Below are positions 1 to 12,388 of a stretch of 64,000 nt of DNA, piece by piece (positions within the stretch are counted from its first letter, which is position 1; each line of letters begins with the position of its first letter). Source of the stretch: Lama guanicoe (taxonomy: Eukaryota); the NCBI GenBank assembly GCA_013239625.1, contig MU056000.1, positions 14,846,851 through 14,910,850 on the forward strand, read 5' to 3'. The notes under the pieces were generated by a model, which worked only from the letters and a program-made list of their open reading frames with translations, was not told the DNA's origin and did no database searches. The position numbers and the translations under genes are program-made.

Positions 1-1333
1 GGGGGCACACATTTGTGTTCAGACACAGAAATGGTGAGGTTTATTTCTTTTGCAACTTACCTTTTACTCTAGCCAACAAAGAATTGTGTTTTGGAAGGCT
101 TGCTGCCTGCCTCAAAAACCTAAAAAACTGTGGGAACTGACATTGCAGTTAGGGTGGAGGTAGTGCATTTATTTAATATGTCACCTCTGGCAAATGGAAG
201 AGCACAGCGATTGCCTAAGTAAGGAGTCTGAAGTTCTAAGAGAAGCTGTTGGAAAGAGCCAGAATGTTACCATGTGTTAGATGTTGATTGCTACATTTAG
301 CTAGCTTATTTCAAGAATGAATGAGCTCAAGCAAGAACTAGACAATTTTCAAGCATAGATTGAAAGGAAGAGAAGGAGTTCAGAAAAGAGGGATCTGATA
401 CGGTTGGAAAAGCCAATTGTTTTATCATCCTAACAGCAGGGGATAACCCTGCTGCTGAAAGTCTTTCTAAACAGTGCCCATTAAGAATTCTGAGCACAAC
501 AAATGCATCTACAGATGATCTGTGCCAATGATCAGATTAAGGCTGTTGCTCTCCAAACAAGCCTACTGTTTCACAGGCTTTTATGTCTTCAATAGAGCTG
601 TCATTAAAATGATAGCAAATGACACTCACTAGCTGAACAAGAAAGCCAGCGCATAAGAGCAGGTTAAATAATTATTTCCACAAAAGAGCCTTGGGCGTGG
701 TTTCAAGTACATGGAAATAGCTGGAGACAACTGTACCAGAAGCTCACTGAGTTTTTTTTAAGGAATTGTTTTACTAAGAAAATCACGTGTTTAGCCTTCA
801 AAAATTCTCTAGCTACCAAATCAGTGGGAGCAGAAACAGGCAATAAAAACTGCTGTGCTCCTGAGAAAAGCAATCTGTTTAATATCCATGCAGATGTGGC
901 CAGAGAGAATATACAAGAAAACATTTTTCAAAGGGAAAGCAAGGGGCCACAAAGGACAGAGCATTAGGAAATTTTTTCCAATAAGCAGAAATGAGTTCTA
1001 AGCAAGAAACTTAACTCTAGTTATAAGACAGAGTCTCTGTGATTCTTTTCTAGCAAAATAGTATTGCTCTGACCAGTAACTGCCTGGTCATTCTTTCCTT
1101 TTCTAAATGGGGGATTTTATTATAATTTTAATATTCTTACTCTAAGCAAGTTATATGGTTGGCGTGAATGGTAGTTAGACAATTTATTTTATGGTGAGGG
1201 CTACACCCAAATACCCTAGTATCTGATCTGGATGTAATGAATAGGACTATAGGTTGTTTTCCTTACATCAGGGGTTATGCATTTAGGAAAAAAAGACATG
1301 CATAGATACTTGGGTGGCAAATTTGATACAGAC
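1..1333 (+). mobile_element. MaLR (MLT1-type) internal region, degenerate
   Basis: Resembles MLT1-int (e.g. ATGAGCTCAAGCAAGAACTAG...TTTCAAGCATAGATTGAAAGGAAG). Ends in the MaLR int/LTR junction-like GGGTGGCAAA...CAGAC|TG at 1334. Confidence 0.6.
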
Positions 1334-2115
1334 TGCAACCTATGCCTCCCTTTAGTAATAACTATCCCTCCATTAGAGTGCTAATTGGCATGTGTCACTG
1401 AGGAGTGGAAATTTTACTAAATTTTTAGTCAAAGGGATATGCACAGAAGTGATGTATGCAACTTCCACATCACAACTATGGGGAAAAAAAAAGTTGCTTG
1501 CTTTTCAAATTCTCTTCTCCCCCTTCTGTTGAACTTGTTAGATTATATCTTTTATATGTTAGATTGTACCTTTTATAAACAGCACAAGATATGAATCCCA
1601 TTCCTCATGGTCTTCTTATAATTTGCCATCCCCCATATTTGCTAGGTTCTATGTCCTTACCTTGTGATTCTGTGTTGAGACTTGTGATTATTCCGACCAA
1701 GGGAGTATGGTAAAAGTGATGGAATATGAATTCTGATCCCAGTTCATTAAAAAAAAAAAAAGAGAACACTTGCTTCCAACTGGCTTCTTTCTGTTTCTGG
1801 ATGTTCAATTTAGGAATCCAGCCATTATGCTGTAAGGAAGTTTCAGCCACATGTATTGCTGTTTTCAAAAGCCTTAGCCAAGTTCTCAGACAAGTCTAGA
1901 TCAATTATCAGATATGAAAATGAAGAAAACTTCAGATGAATCAAGTCTCTCACTAGGCAATGTCAGAGTATGAAAGAAAGGAATCTGAATACTGGATGAC
2001 CTTGTGGAACAGAGACGTCTAGTGCTTCAGATAACCTTCCCTTCTCTTGATATTCAGGATTGAGAAACAAGTGTTTACCTTATTGGAGCCACTTAATTTT
2101 GAGAGCTCGAATAGA
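1334..2115 (+). mobile_element. MLT1-family LTR (3' LTR of the MaLR element), probably with a second MLT1 piece nested at ~1600-1930
   Basis: MLT1 motifs AGAAGTGATGTATGCAACTTCC, GGATGACCTTGTGGAACAGAG and GAGCCACTTAATTTTG; a second MLT1-like run CCAGCCATTATGCTGTAAGGAAG lies inside. Confidence 0.55.
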
Positions 2116-2254
2116 GTGATTGAGTAAGACTGAAGCATTTATACCCTGCTTCCTCCTGGCAGAGGTTTGGGAAACATAGACCTTTGCTCATATACTAGTC
2201 TCTACTCCATGCCTTACAATGACCATTTAGTTAGTTAATTATGAGAACTACTCA

Positions 2255-2364
2255 TTCACAAAATCATTCATTCACTAAATATATACTGGCTTCTACCATA
2301 CTCCAAGCAATGTTTTTGCAGCTGGGAAAACCACAGGCAGCAAGTCAAATATAATCTCTGTCCT
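2255..2364 (-). mobile_element. L2 3' end fragment, interrupted by an MLT1 LTR
   Basis: TCATTCATTCACTAAATATATACTGG is the reverse of the L2 tail; L2-like sequence resumes after 2792. Confidence 0.55.
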
Positions 2365-2792
2365 TGTACTGCTTTCTTATTGCTGTTATTACAAACCACA
2401 AACCTAGTGGCTTAAAACAACACAAAGCTATTCTCTTACAATTCTGGAGGTCTGAATTCAAAAATTAGAATGCTGGTGGGAGCTAGATTCCGTTTGGAGG
2501 TGTAGGGAGTAATCCATTGTCTTGCCTTTTTCAGCTTTTAGAGGTTGCCTAGTTCCTTGGCTCATACTCCACTCCAGCCTCTGTAGCCAGTTTTTTTTTT
2601 TTTTTCTTTCCCTTTCTTATTTTCAGCCTGTCTCTTATAAGATCACAGGATAATACAGAATAATCTCTCATCTCAAAATCCTTAACTCAATAATACCTGC
2701 CAGGTCCCTTTTATCATATCAATTCATATATTCACAGGGTCCAGGGATTTGGACACAGACATCTTCGGGAATCCATCATTCAGTCTACTGCA
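2365..2792 (-). mobile_element. MLT1 (C/D-like) solo LTR
   Basis: TG...CA ends; diagnostic AAACCTAGTGGCTTAAAACAACACAAA...TTCTGGAGG and CAGGGTCCAGGGATTTGGAC...CATTCAGTCTACTGCA. Confidence 0.85.
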
Positions 2793-3269
2793 ATCCCCGT
2801 GGAACATGCGTTTTCTTTAGGAATGCTGAAAACCACTTTATTGAGAACTAATGAGTTAGAAAATATACTTAATAACTGGTCTGACTCATTTATTGTTACT
2901 GTAGTCCGTGTTTTTCAGTGAAAAGGTTCACTGATTTTCAGTTGGATTATTTTGGATACAAACTCGAGGTAGCTAAAATAGTTTTCCATTCTCTATCCCT
3001 CCCTTCATGAATAATTGTATTTACCAAAGTTCGCATTAATACTTTATCTGCCTTAAGGTGCATAGATTCTGAAAGGAAACAGTTCATGAAGAGAAAACAT
3101 TGGCTATCTCTTAAGTGTATTTTTGTTGCTCTATATACTTAAAAACAAAACAAAACAAAATGTGGCGTCACCAGCAAAGCCCATTAACAATTAACAGGAA
3201 CTAAAAATAGAATCTGGGAAATAAAGTCTAACCCTTTTTTTTTCTTCCCTCTGTGCTCAGGGCAGTTTC

Positions 3270-3620
3270 ACGTACTCACAGGGTGCCTGGGGCTGAGGCC
3301 TTGACCAGACTTCCTGGTGTGAAACGGCGGCGCCGGACCTCTCCGCTCCAGCCTCCAGGCAGAAGCGCGCTTCACCGCAACGCAAGATGGCGACTGCAGG
3401 CCGAGCGCCTAGACGCTGCGCCCGGCGCGGCTGCGCAAGCCCCGCGAGAACTCAGTCCCCTCCTCTACCCACCCGCCCCCACCGGAGACCCGTATAAAGC
3501 AGCCCCGCCCATCGCCTTCCTGGGTAGAGTGTGGAATATTGTGGAGCTCCAGCTGGCGCCTTTCCAGAATCAGACTCAATCTTGTTTTATTGCCGTGACT
3601 CCGGGCAGGAGGACCCTTTT
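3270..3620. promoter_or_regulatory. CpG-island promoter core
   Basis: Abrupt CpG/GC enrichment in an AT-rich background. YY1 motif CAAGATGGCG (~3383-3392), GC boxes CCCGCCC flanking TATAAAG (~3494), CGCGAGA, and ETS cores ACTTCC. Confidence 0.8.
3280..3400 (-). other. Candidate non-coding first exon of a leftward gene (identity unknown)
   Basis: Minus-strand donor CCT|GTGAGT with the intron starting at 3279, ~110 nt downstream of the YY1 motif GTCGCCATCTTG, inside the CpG island. Confidence 0.45.
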
Positions 3621-4090
3621 GGGGCCTGACTCAAAAGGGTTCCTAAAAACTTCCGCTGGCTCTGGCTCTGGCAGGAGGCTTTGGGAGGTTGGGGTGAGGA
3701 GGATGACAGACTCTGATACTTGAGGACACTCTGACAGGGAAGAACGACAGCCTTCAGCCGAATTCAGAGCAACTCTGCCCAACAACCCAATGCCCAGGTG
3801 TGATGCACACACAGCTATCCCCCAGAGTCATCAGGACTGTGTCCCCTCTAGGGGAATGACGCTGTGATGTCACTGGGTATGAGAGACTGAGACTCATAGG
3901 CTGCCCGCTGCCTCTGGCTGTCCTTCCCGAGAAAGGAGCAGGCAGGGACGATGGGCACCTGTGGACGGGAGGGAGCTGGCCCCCTGTGTTGCAAGGAATG
4001 CTGTCCTCCACTCCTGTAGGAGGCAGCAGTGGACACCCCAGGGATTCCTGGCCGCCTCCCCCACCTCGGGGTGAGCAGTAGATTCTCCTT

Positions 4091-4102
4091 CGTCACTTCC
4101 GG
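4091..4102 (-). promoter_or_regulatory. Composite ETS-CRE motif CCGGAAGTGACG
   Basis: CGTCACTTCCGG on the + strand; a second CCGGAAG follows at ~4126. Confidence 0.65.
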
Positions 4103-4448
4103 TTTGCTTAAGAAAGCCGGCAGTCCCGGAAGCCCAGAGGCAAGGCTGGAGGAGGCTAAGTTCCTGAGGGCCGCTTGTTAAAACAAACGAAATGAAGATG
4201 CTCAGTCCAAGTTAAGGAAAAGGCACTTGGGATGCTGAGGGTGAAAGGGTCCAGTGTGGGTAGACTTCACCTCTTCCAGTCAGCACCAATTTCTCTGAAG
4301 TGGGCTGGGGAGCCCTGGGAGACGTCTGCATGGCCAGGAGCCCCATAACCAGGAAGAACTGTGAGCTGCTGCTGCGGGCAGGAGACACCTCCTTGGGACT
4401 TCTCCTCCACTTCTGCTTGTGAGATGAACCTCGGGTGGTTCTTTACGA

Positions 4449-4520
4449 CGGAGGTTCCATGGGCACTCCCGCCGGCATCAGCAGAGGATGCCAGCCCAGC
4501 TGCCCGGCGATACGGTGAGT
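4449..4520 (+). mobile_element. ERV 5' leader: degenerate tRNA-Gln-like PBS and major splice donor
   Basis: CGGAGGTTCCATGGGCAC versus Gln PBS TGGAGGTTCCACCGAGAT (12/18, with a 10-nt exact core). CG|GTGAGT donor at 4514/4515; gag starts ~630 nt downstream. Confidence 0.5.
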
Positions 4521-5147
4521 ACCCAAGCGGCACCCCTCCTATTTTTCCCTCTCACCTGTTGGAAGTCAGAGAACTCCTCCTTTTTGGCTAAAAGGGGAAA
4601 AGAGAAGACCACACCCCTGCCCCGCCCCACTCAGACAGCTGTGCCAGCCCTTAACAGACCACGCTGGTCAGGAACTAACCAGGCTAAGCTGCTCTGGCCC
4701 AGAGGCAGTCTTGTCTGACCTTCTGTGGGTCATTCTGATATAGGAGGTACAGACCCTTACAAATTCAAAGCAGACCCCCAGTCAACACTTGACTGTAATA
4801 ATATCTTAAACCTGGAAATCCTTGGGGCTTTGGACATTTTAAAGTCTCTTGAGCACATTTCAATAGAAATAAACCCTGGCTTTAAAAATACTGCTACTAC
4901 TACTACTAATTTATTATTCATTTATTAAAAAAAATAGTAACTCTGAAACCTTCAGAGTCCACGCCATTTGGATACCTTATTTTCTTTGGTCTTTTGAGGA
5001 ATCCATTAACAATTTGGTGCTGGTTTGAAATTTTCTGAACCAGAAATCTTATTTGGGCCAAATCTTGTGGAATTTGCGTGCCAACAAATCACTCCAACCA
5101 CCCCTCTTCGGTAATTGGAAACAAATCTGAAACAGAACATCTAAGTT

Positions 5148-5600
5148 ATGGGGAACCAAACATCTATGGTACTGAAGGATAGCTGCTTAGGGTGCGTCCT
5201 GCAGAACTGGATGTTTTTCAAGTGTCACCTCCAACCCCAAAACATCCTATCTTCACGTGTAATACAGCCTGGCCCAGTAGTGGCTGGGAGATGGGGAAAT
5301 TGGCCCTTCAATGGGTCTCTACATTACAATAGCATTTTACAGTTGGGCCTGCTGTGCCAGAGACAAAGAAATTGGATGAAATTCCCTATTTCCGGTTTTC
5401 TATGTCCTTATTCCAGAACACAGGCCTTCAGAAGGGATGTGGGCCCTCCTCCACTGAGGTAACACCAGGCCTTGGTATTCCCTGAGGGCCTTCTTGATCT
5501 CCTCCCTAACTCTCGTCTTACTGCCTCCCTATGCCCTTATTCATATAACCCAGTTTGGGCCACAGGCCCATTGGGCCCATCCATACCAGCTCTCTCCCCC
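5148..5600 (+). pseudogene. gag: Degenerate class I (gamma-like) ERV gag: matrix plus proline-rich region, 3'-truncated
   Basis: MGNQTS..DSCLGCVLQNW, frameshifted IFTCNTAWP..LGDGE.WP, NGSLHYNSILQL.LLCQR and (W)DEIPY match the HERV-H/W/9-type MA signature. An LPPY late-domain-like motif follows. Confidence 0.85.
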
Positions 5601-8079
5601 AGTACTCAGTATATATGACACAGCTGTGTATTGAGGTGAAAATCAAGTTGCTTCAATTTATATTGCAACAGGGACAGGGACATTCTTCCAAAATTGGAGC
5701 AGTATACTTCTGTTGGAATATACTTGTTTTAGTGAGAGCATTAGGAAGTGGAAATACGTATATTTAATGAACTCTTATGGCAGGATCTGTATTTTTCTTT
5801 ACGACTGTACCCAGCATATCTCCTCAGAGTGTCATTGAAACCTGAAACCTCCATATACATGTTAATTATACTTGGCAATGACTCCTTTTAAAGGGAATGT
5901 ACTAACTATTGAGCTCTTTAACATATGATCATTATATAGAGGATTTTTGGAATTCAAAATATGTAAAAACAGTGAAACTATTTTATAATAAAGCAAATTA
6001 GATTTTGTGCAGAACCCAACAATAAAGGCTAGGATTAGGGTAAAACTCACTCTGTATTATCTAACAGGGATATTTTTCTAGCAGCAATTAACCTGAAACT
6101 GTCAAGTTCTGTGGACTTGGTCTGAATTAGAAGATTATAACTGGGCTATTCACTAATTTTACTTTATCTTCAGTATGGTACTGTGAGACCTGTTTCACAC
6201 AATTATAGTTATATTTATGTGTGCTTGTTAAGGAGAAAATCAACAATAATTTAAAGATATTTAAGAAAATATATATTGTGAATGTATGAGAAATGTAGAA
6301 CAAGTATCCTAGAAGGAAAGAAGTTATAATAGTTAACAGTTTTTAATACAAACTTTGACTCATGCATGTTTATATTTTGATAAAGTATGCTGTTGTTAAA
6401 GGGTTGGGAAGCAGCTTGTAGTTTTACGTCTGTCCTTTACAGTCCATTTATTTCTCCAAGTTTAAGTACAATTTTCACTAAACAAATTATCATAGTTTAT
6501 AGAACAGCTTGTCCCCTTATTATAGCAGGCTACTTTATTATTAAATTAGACATTTTCTTACTAATCACCCTAAGAGCCAGCTGTCTTTGGCAACAAACTC
6601 TTAATATATTTTTTAAGTTAATCATATCAAATGGGAAAGGAAAATTGACACAGGACCTCTTTGTAAATTCAAGGTAGTGCAATTTCTCTGAAATTTTCAG
6701 GAAGAAGTCTTAGCCATACTTTATTTATTTGCCAGCTAAATTTTGCTAAATACAGTTTATTAGCATGTTAACCCCTTTTGATTAAAAAAAATGATATATA
6801 CAGGAAAATGTTTCTTTCATTATGAATATAATATAGCTAATGTCATCTGATAAAAAAGTAAACATTTAATGGTAACAAATCTATTAAGATACAAAATGTA
6901 GTTTTATGAGCTTGAGCATTTAGAGCATTTCAGGCATACACTGCCTGAAAAATCTACTAAAAGTTTTCCTTTAATTGCTTATGAAGATTCAACAAAAATA
7001 TGGAATGTGGCCTATGTCTTTTAATTTATAGAGGAGAGAGAATAATATACTAAGATCTAGGAACTGGTTATTGCAAAAAGGAAGAGATTTTATTTAATCC
7101 AAAATCACTGAGAAAGATTAGAATTATGTTCTTGAACTACATTTTTTCCATTACCTACTCTGCTCTAAAGCAACTTCAGTGGAACCTAAACAAATATATT
7201 TTCCAAAAATTGAAGATTTTTGATTTACTTGTATTCTTTATCCTTAAATTCTAGACCTATTTGTTGCATTGACTAGAAGATAGAAAAATATCCATCAATT
7301 TGAGAAGAAATTTTTTTGAGTCACCCGAAGTTAATGTACCACACCCATAAACGAATCTCTTTCTAGATCAGACTATAACTTGAAATTCATAATTCCTGTG
7401 ACAGGAGACTTTCTCACTATATTTACCTTATTATGGAAATTAATCTATCTCCATATGTGCAGGAAATAACACAGGATTAGTTCTAGGACAAGGAGAAGGT
7501 CAACATGGTCAAGCTTGCAGCACAGATGTGTAGTATAGGTATTAGTCAGGGAAACTTGCAGTGAGAAAAGAGAGTTCATGTTCAGAAGGGCTGACCACTA
7601 CTATGCAAAGTTGAATATTAGGACCTCAGAAGTCACCCTGCCCTCATATATGATGCAAGAGAGAAAAGTTGCAACTTGAGTCTTGATTTTACACTCACCA
7701 TACAAAGACAAATAAAGGAAACAGAGTTGAATGAGAAAAGTATGGCAGCTTAAGGATAAGAATTAAGTTCAACATGTACATGATCATATTTCGAAAAATA
7801 ACTTTGATCAGAGAGAAAAACATGTAAGAAAATACTCAGATAAAATATGAAATCTGTGAGATAAAAAAAGGGAACCATAAATAGAAATTAGACAGATATT
7901 CTGACAAGTAAAAAGGTTTTGCTGAAATTAATAATATAATATAAAATGTGTATAAAATTTTTAATATACAAATACCAAGAGAAATATATTTGTCATTGGG
8001 GATATTAACAATTTAGGGAAAAGCCATGCATTCTTCTTAAAATAAAATAATAAGTTTTAGATATGTCATTGTATAGATA

Positions 8080-8580
8080 CATAATCATTATACTTCAAAG
8101 TAATTTTAGATGCACAGAAAACATGCAGATAATACAGAGTGCCCATACACCGTGCACTCAGCTTTTCCTAATTATATAACCATTTTAAATTTTTCAATAA
8201 GAAATTAACATTGCTACAGAATTCTTAAGTAAACTACAGACAATATTTGAATTTCTGCAGTTTTTTCCACTAATTTCCATTTTTCTTTCCAGGATTCTGT
8301 TCAGGGTACCACATATTATTCAGTATCATGTCTCCTTGTTTTCCTATGATCTGTGACAGTCTTCCATGGTTTCCATGATCTGGACAGTTTTGAAAAGCTC
8401 TACTCAGCTATTTTGTAGAGTATCTCTTAACCTGTGTCTTTCTGGTATTTTGTCATGGTTACACTGAGTTTATGGTCTTTTGTAAAGAATACTAGAGCAG
8501 TGAAGTGTCTTTCTCATTAAAATATATTAAGAGTAAATGATATTAACATGATTTTCACTAGTGATGCCAACCTTGATCGA
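8080..8580 (-). mobile_element. L1MC/L1MD-type 3' UTR fragment
   Basis: TAATTTTAGATGCACAGAAAACATGCAGATAATACAGAG...TTCCAGGATTCTGTTCAGGGTACCACAT...TGATGCCAACCTTGATC, typical of these families. Confidence 0.75.
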
Positions 8581-8789
8581 TTCAGTAAACTTTTAATAGA
8601 AAAATATGCAGCAAATATTTAACTAACAGTTGAATATGTATGAACTTGCTACATAAAATAATTCACATATACATATAGTGAAATATATCTTTATATATAT
8701 ATAATATGTGCATATACATAATTATATATTTTATCCATCCATATATATACATATATAAAACTAGATTTGACTACCTCAAGTTTTTTAAA

Positions 8790-9680
8790 TATGTCAATTA
8801 CAAAAACAAATGGAAAATTGTAAACTGTGACTATATGCAACAAAGATGATAGAAGAAAGGTTACTGTTCTTAACAACTAAGGAATGCAGCCAAATTAAAA
8901 GTCTGTTTTACTCCAGTGGAGGGTGGGATGGATGAAAGTAGAACAACAGACAACAAATTGTAGCAATAAAAAATGAACTGAAGAGATTAGATTGTTATCA
9001 AATGTTTTTAAAATTCTACCTCACTAATTAAATGCTGAAATATCCAACCAGCATAAAACACATATTTTTAATAAAAGCTGAAAACTATAAGAATGAGTCA
9101 GTATGACACTGTTGTTGTGGAAATGAAAACTGCATGTTCAGACTGTTTTAGGAGATTGAATTGGTGCAATTATTTTCTTTTTCTGAGATTAGTTTGTATC
9201 CCTTTATATATATATGAATTTCTACTAAACTTTTTGGTTATATTTTGATTTTTTTTCTTAGAGTACATTCCAGCATGAACAGAATTACATCAAGAATACC
9301 TATCATAGTGACGTCTAAACAGTAAGTTGAAAACCCCCTAAATGCTTAATAAGAACAGTATAAAATTATTATAAAAATAAATGAAATATTACATTCTTAT
9401 TAACTAATCCAATTAAAGAACATTGGCATGGAAAAATACATCATAATATTAAGTAGAAAAATTCATGTTATTTAAAATTGTTCGTAATACTATAGCAATA
9501 TAGTTAAAAAAATAACAAAAACTGCCTATATATGTAAATAATATCTGGAAAGTTATATACCCAAATGCTGACTTTATTTATTCATGGTATAATCAGACTA
9601 ATAAATATTTGATTATTTTTCTTATCATTATTTTAAGTATAAGTGCATATACTTTTTAATTCTGAGAAGAGAAAAAAATA
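8790..9680 (+). mobile_element. Very old L1ME-type ORF2 end/3' UTR remnants
   Basis: Degenerate L1 3' motifs (GAAAACCCCTAAATGCTTAAT, TCTGGAAAGTTATATACCCAAATGCTGAC). Confidence 0.5.
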
Positions 9681-10020
9681 CAATAAATGAAATACAATGC
9701 ATGTGATGTTTCCCATTGTAATGACATGAAAAAAGGGTAATACTTCTTGCCTTTGAGAGAATCCTGAGATTTTATCATGCACTGCTGCTGTGTGTCTACA
9801 CATTATCACAACAGATTTTTGGAACTCAGTTTTACATTGTAGAGCTTTACATTTATTTCACTCCAAGGAATCTGTTTTGAAATAGGCTTTTACTGATTAT
9901 AGTTACAGCAGATCTATCATATTAATGAAAAATTGGACATTCATGAATGCACTGACAATAAGGAAGAGATGAAGGGCATTTGGCATATCCATGTTTGTAG
10001 TACATTTTAGCCTCTTTCAG

Positions 10021-10293
10021 GCTGCAATGAAGAGAACTAAGCTTGAGTTACTTGAAACACCACTGAGTCTGAAGATCTACTAGGAAAGGAGAAAGACAGG
10101 CATATCAATAGAGGCTCAGAATGAATTGAAAGGTGATCTAAAACAGACAAGAAGGCCTCCCAAATCTGTAACACTGTCCAAGGTTGTGGAAACTCACAGG
10201 GACCATCTGGAGCTATTCTGTAGAGTTCTAGAAAGAGGGGTCCAGCAGGGCAGCAGGCACTGGGGAGCTTCCTAGTAGAAGACAGCATAGCAG
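10021..10293 (+). other. Candidate internal non-coding exon (273 nt)
   Basis: Acceptor TTTTAGCCTCTTTCAG|G at 10020/10021 and donor CAG|GTAAGG at 10293/10294 bracket a purine-rich block more GC-rich than its flanks; stops in all frames. Confidence 0.45.
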
Positions 10294-10439
10294 GTAAGGA
10301 ATTCCCTTGCTCTGGTCAGAAAAGAATTGCATGAGTTGATTAATGCAAATTAGACCAAGTGTCACTTATATGAAGTCTACCTCCATATGATAAAAAGAGA
10401 AAAATAAAGAAGCCTGATTCTGTTTAGACTGTAAATAGT

Positions 10440-10690
10440 AGTGACAAAAATTATAGAAAATGTTTATGGGACATTTAACTCTATGCCAGGAAATGTGCCA
10501 TCCGTTTCCATGGAGATCATTTCACTTACTCTTACGTCAATCTGACAAATTTTTGAAATGCTTATATCCATAAGAAATGAGACTTATCAGTGACTCGTCT
10601 AAAGTTATGCATTAGGAAATGGGAGACTCAGAATTCAAACATAAACAGTCTGGCTTCAGAAACTGAGCCCTTCACCTTTATATGCTGGAT
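10440..10690 (-). mobile_element. MIR SINE
   Basis: Reverse MIR pattern: TATGCCAGG...GAATTCAAACATAAACAGTCTGGCTTCAGA...CCCTTCACC. Confidence 0.7.
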
Positions 10691-10752
10691 ATTATCAACT
10701 TATTTTTATTAGTATTATAATTTAGATATTAAGATAGACAACCTGTATCTTT

Positions 10753-10864
10753 CCTCTAGAGTCATTCAGTCTGCAGGTCTTTCGGCCATAAAATAGTGAT
10801 ATCTGGAAAACATGGACAAGATTTCTTAATTTATCTGTAGCAAATACTCTGTGTGAAAAAGTTC
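10753..10864. repeat. Copy A of a diverged direct repeat (partner at 12274-12388)
   Basis: Aligns by eye with 12274-12388 at roughly 70% over ~115 nt. Confidence 0.75.
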
Positions 10865-12273
10865 TAATTAACAAATTAATGTAATGTAGGGCAAATGTAA
10901 CATAAACAAACACAAATATAAATAAAGATATATAGAAAAAAGACTGGAAAGAATAATGCCACCACACTGGCAGTATTACACTGGCTTGTGGAATGAGCAA
11001 TATAATTACAATAAAATTACATTGGGTAATTTTAATTTTTATTATTATGATTTTATTTTGTTTTCTAAAATAATAAAACCATGTTTATTATAGAAAAATG
11101 TGATGTTGATTTCAAGAAAAAATGTTGCAAAACATCTGGGAAAATAAAATATGTATAAAAATCAAAGTCTAAATGTCACATTTCACAAAATTTGAAAGTA
11201 ATCTAACTTTTATAGCTTTACGGACTAAACATTCAGCATCTTTCATAAACTTTTATTTTTAAGTGTTATAATATGTAAGAATAAAAGATAATTTGGAGAA
11301 TGAATTTATCAGGCCCAAGATGAATGTTACTTACATTAACTTATTTTTAGAATGACATGATGTGTTATCTTTAGAAATAGGATACAATTTAACATAGTTG
11401 CATAACTTTTATTTACAGAAAATTATTTATTGACAGTTCTATTTCTGTGGGATTTTAAGAATTTTCCTTCTTGAATTTATGTTAATTTTCAAAACTGCTA
11501 ATTTGCCATTAAGTTTCAGAAAATTATGAAAAGAGAAATAAAGGTAATATTAACAAAATAAATTAATATAAGAAAACATTAAAAATAATGACTGGCATAT
11601 AATAAATTATAAACATGTTAGCAGTTTTTAAAAATTACTAATAATTATGTTATTTGTATAATTAGTTTTTAGTTTTAGTTTTACTAGTCAGAATAATTGT
11701 GTTATTAGTAGTTTAGTCTCCATGCTAATCATCTTACTTGTATTGATTTATTTTCTCTTTATGACAATGTTCTGAATATAAGTTAATATCATAGCCATTT
11801 TATTGATGGATACAATGAGTATTTGAAGTCATTTGCTAAAATTAACAGAGCTGCTACATTTTATCACTGATAGTCCCAAAATGAGTCTAACTGCAATTCA
11901 TACACTTTTTGTTATTATTTGATACTATTTTTGTATGATAGGCTTTTAAAATTGACCAAAAGACTATTAAATTAGCAGTTAAATACAGCTGCATTTTCTC
12001 TTAAAAATTTATAAACTCATTCTATTATTCTTAAAATAGTTAAAATTTTAGTGATGTATATTTCATGTTTTTAAACTAAACTTGTTGATTGACTTAATAG
12101 CAGATTTTTCATAATTTAACAGAGCATTTCTTAAAATGATAATGCCTTTACTATTTTTATATGTTAATAACAATTTAACTTACTTTAGTTTGTAAAAACT
12201 AATTTCATGAAAGAACTTAAGTAAAGGAGTTAAATGCATGCAATCATAATTTTAGGGCGTTAAAATTTTGCAG

Positions 12274-12388
12274 CCTCCCAGAGCCATTCAATTGCAGATC
12301 TTTTTCTGCCGCCAAGATGTTCACATCTAGTAAACGTGAACACAAGTTCTTAACTTATCTGGAATAAATATTCTATGTGACAAATTCC
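12274..12388. repeat. Copy B of the diverged direct repeat
   Basis: TTCTTAACTTATCTGGAATAAATATTCTATGTGA versus TTCTTAATTTATCTGTAGCAAATACTCTGTGTGA in copy A. Confidence 0.75.

Noticed and set aside
3554..3571. TGGCGCC as a tRNA-Lys PBS
   Set aside because: Only the first 7 nt match; the rest does not complement a tRNA-Lys 3' end.
3253..3723. 156-aa ORF across the CpG island, and a 36-aa ATG ORF (MATAGRAPRR...) in good Kozak context
   Set aside because: The long ORF starts at GTG, has the low-complexity R/A/P composition expected from GC-rich DNA, and has no recognisable domain. The AAGATGGCG is more simply a YY1 motif.
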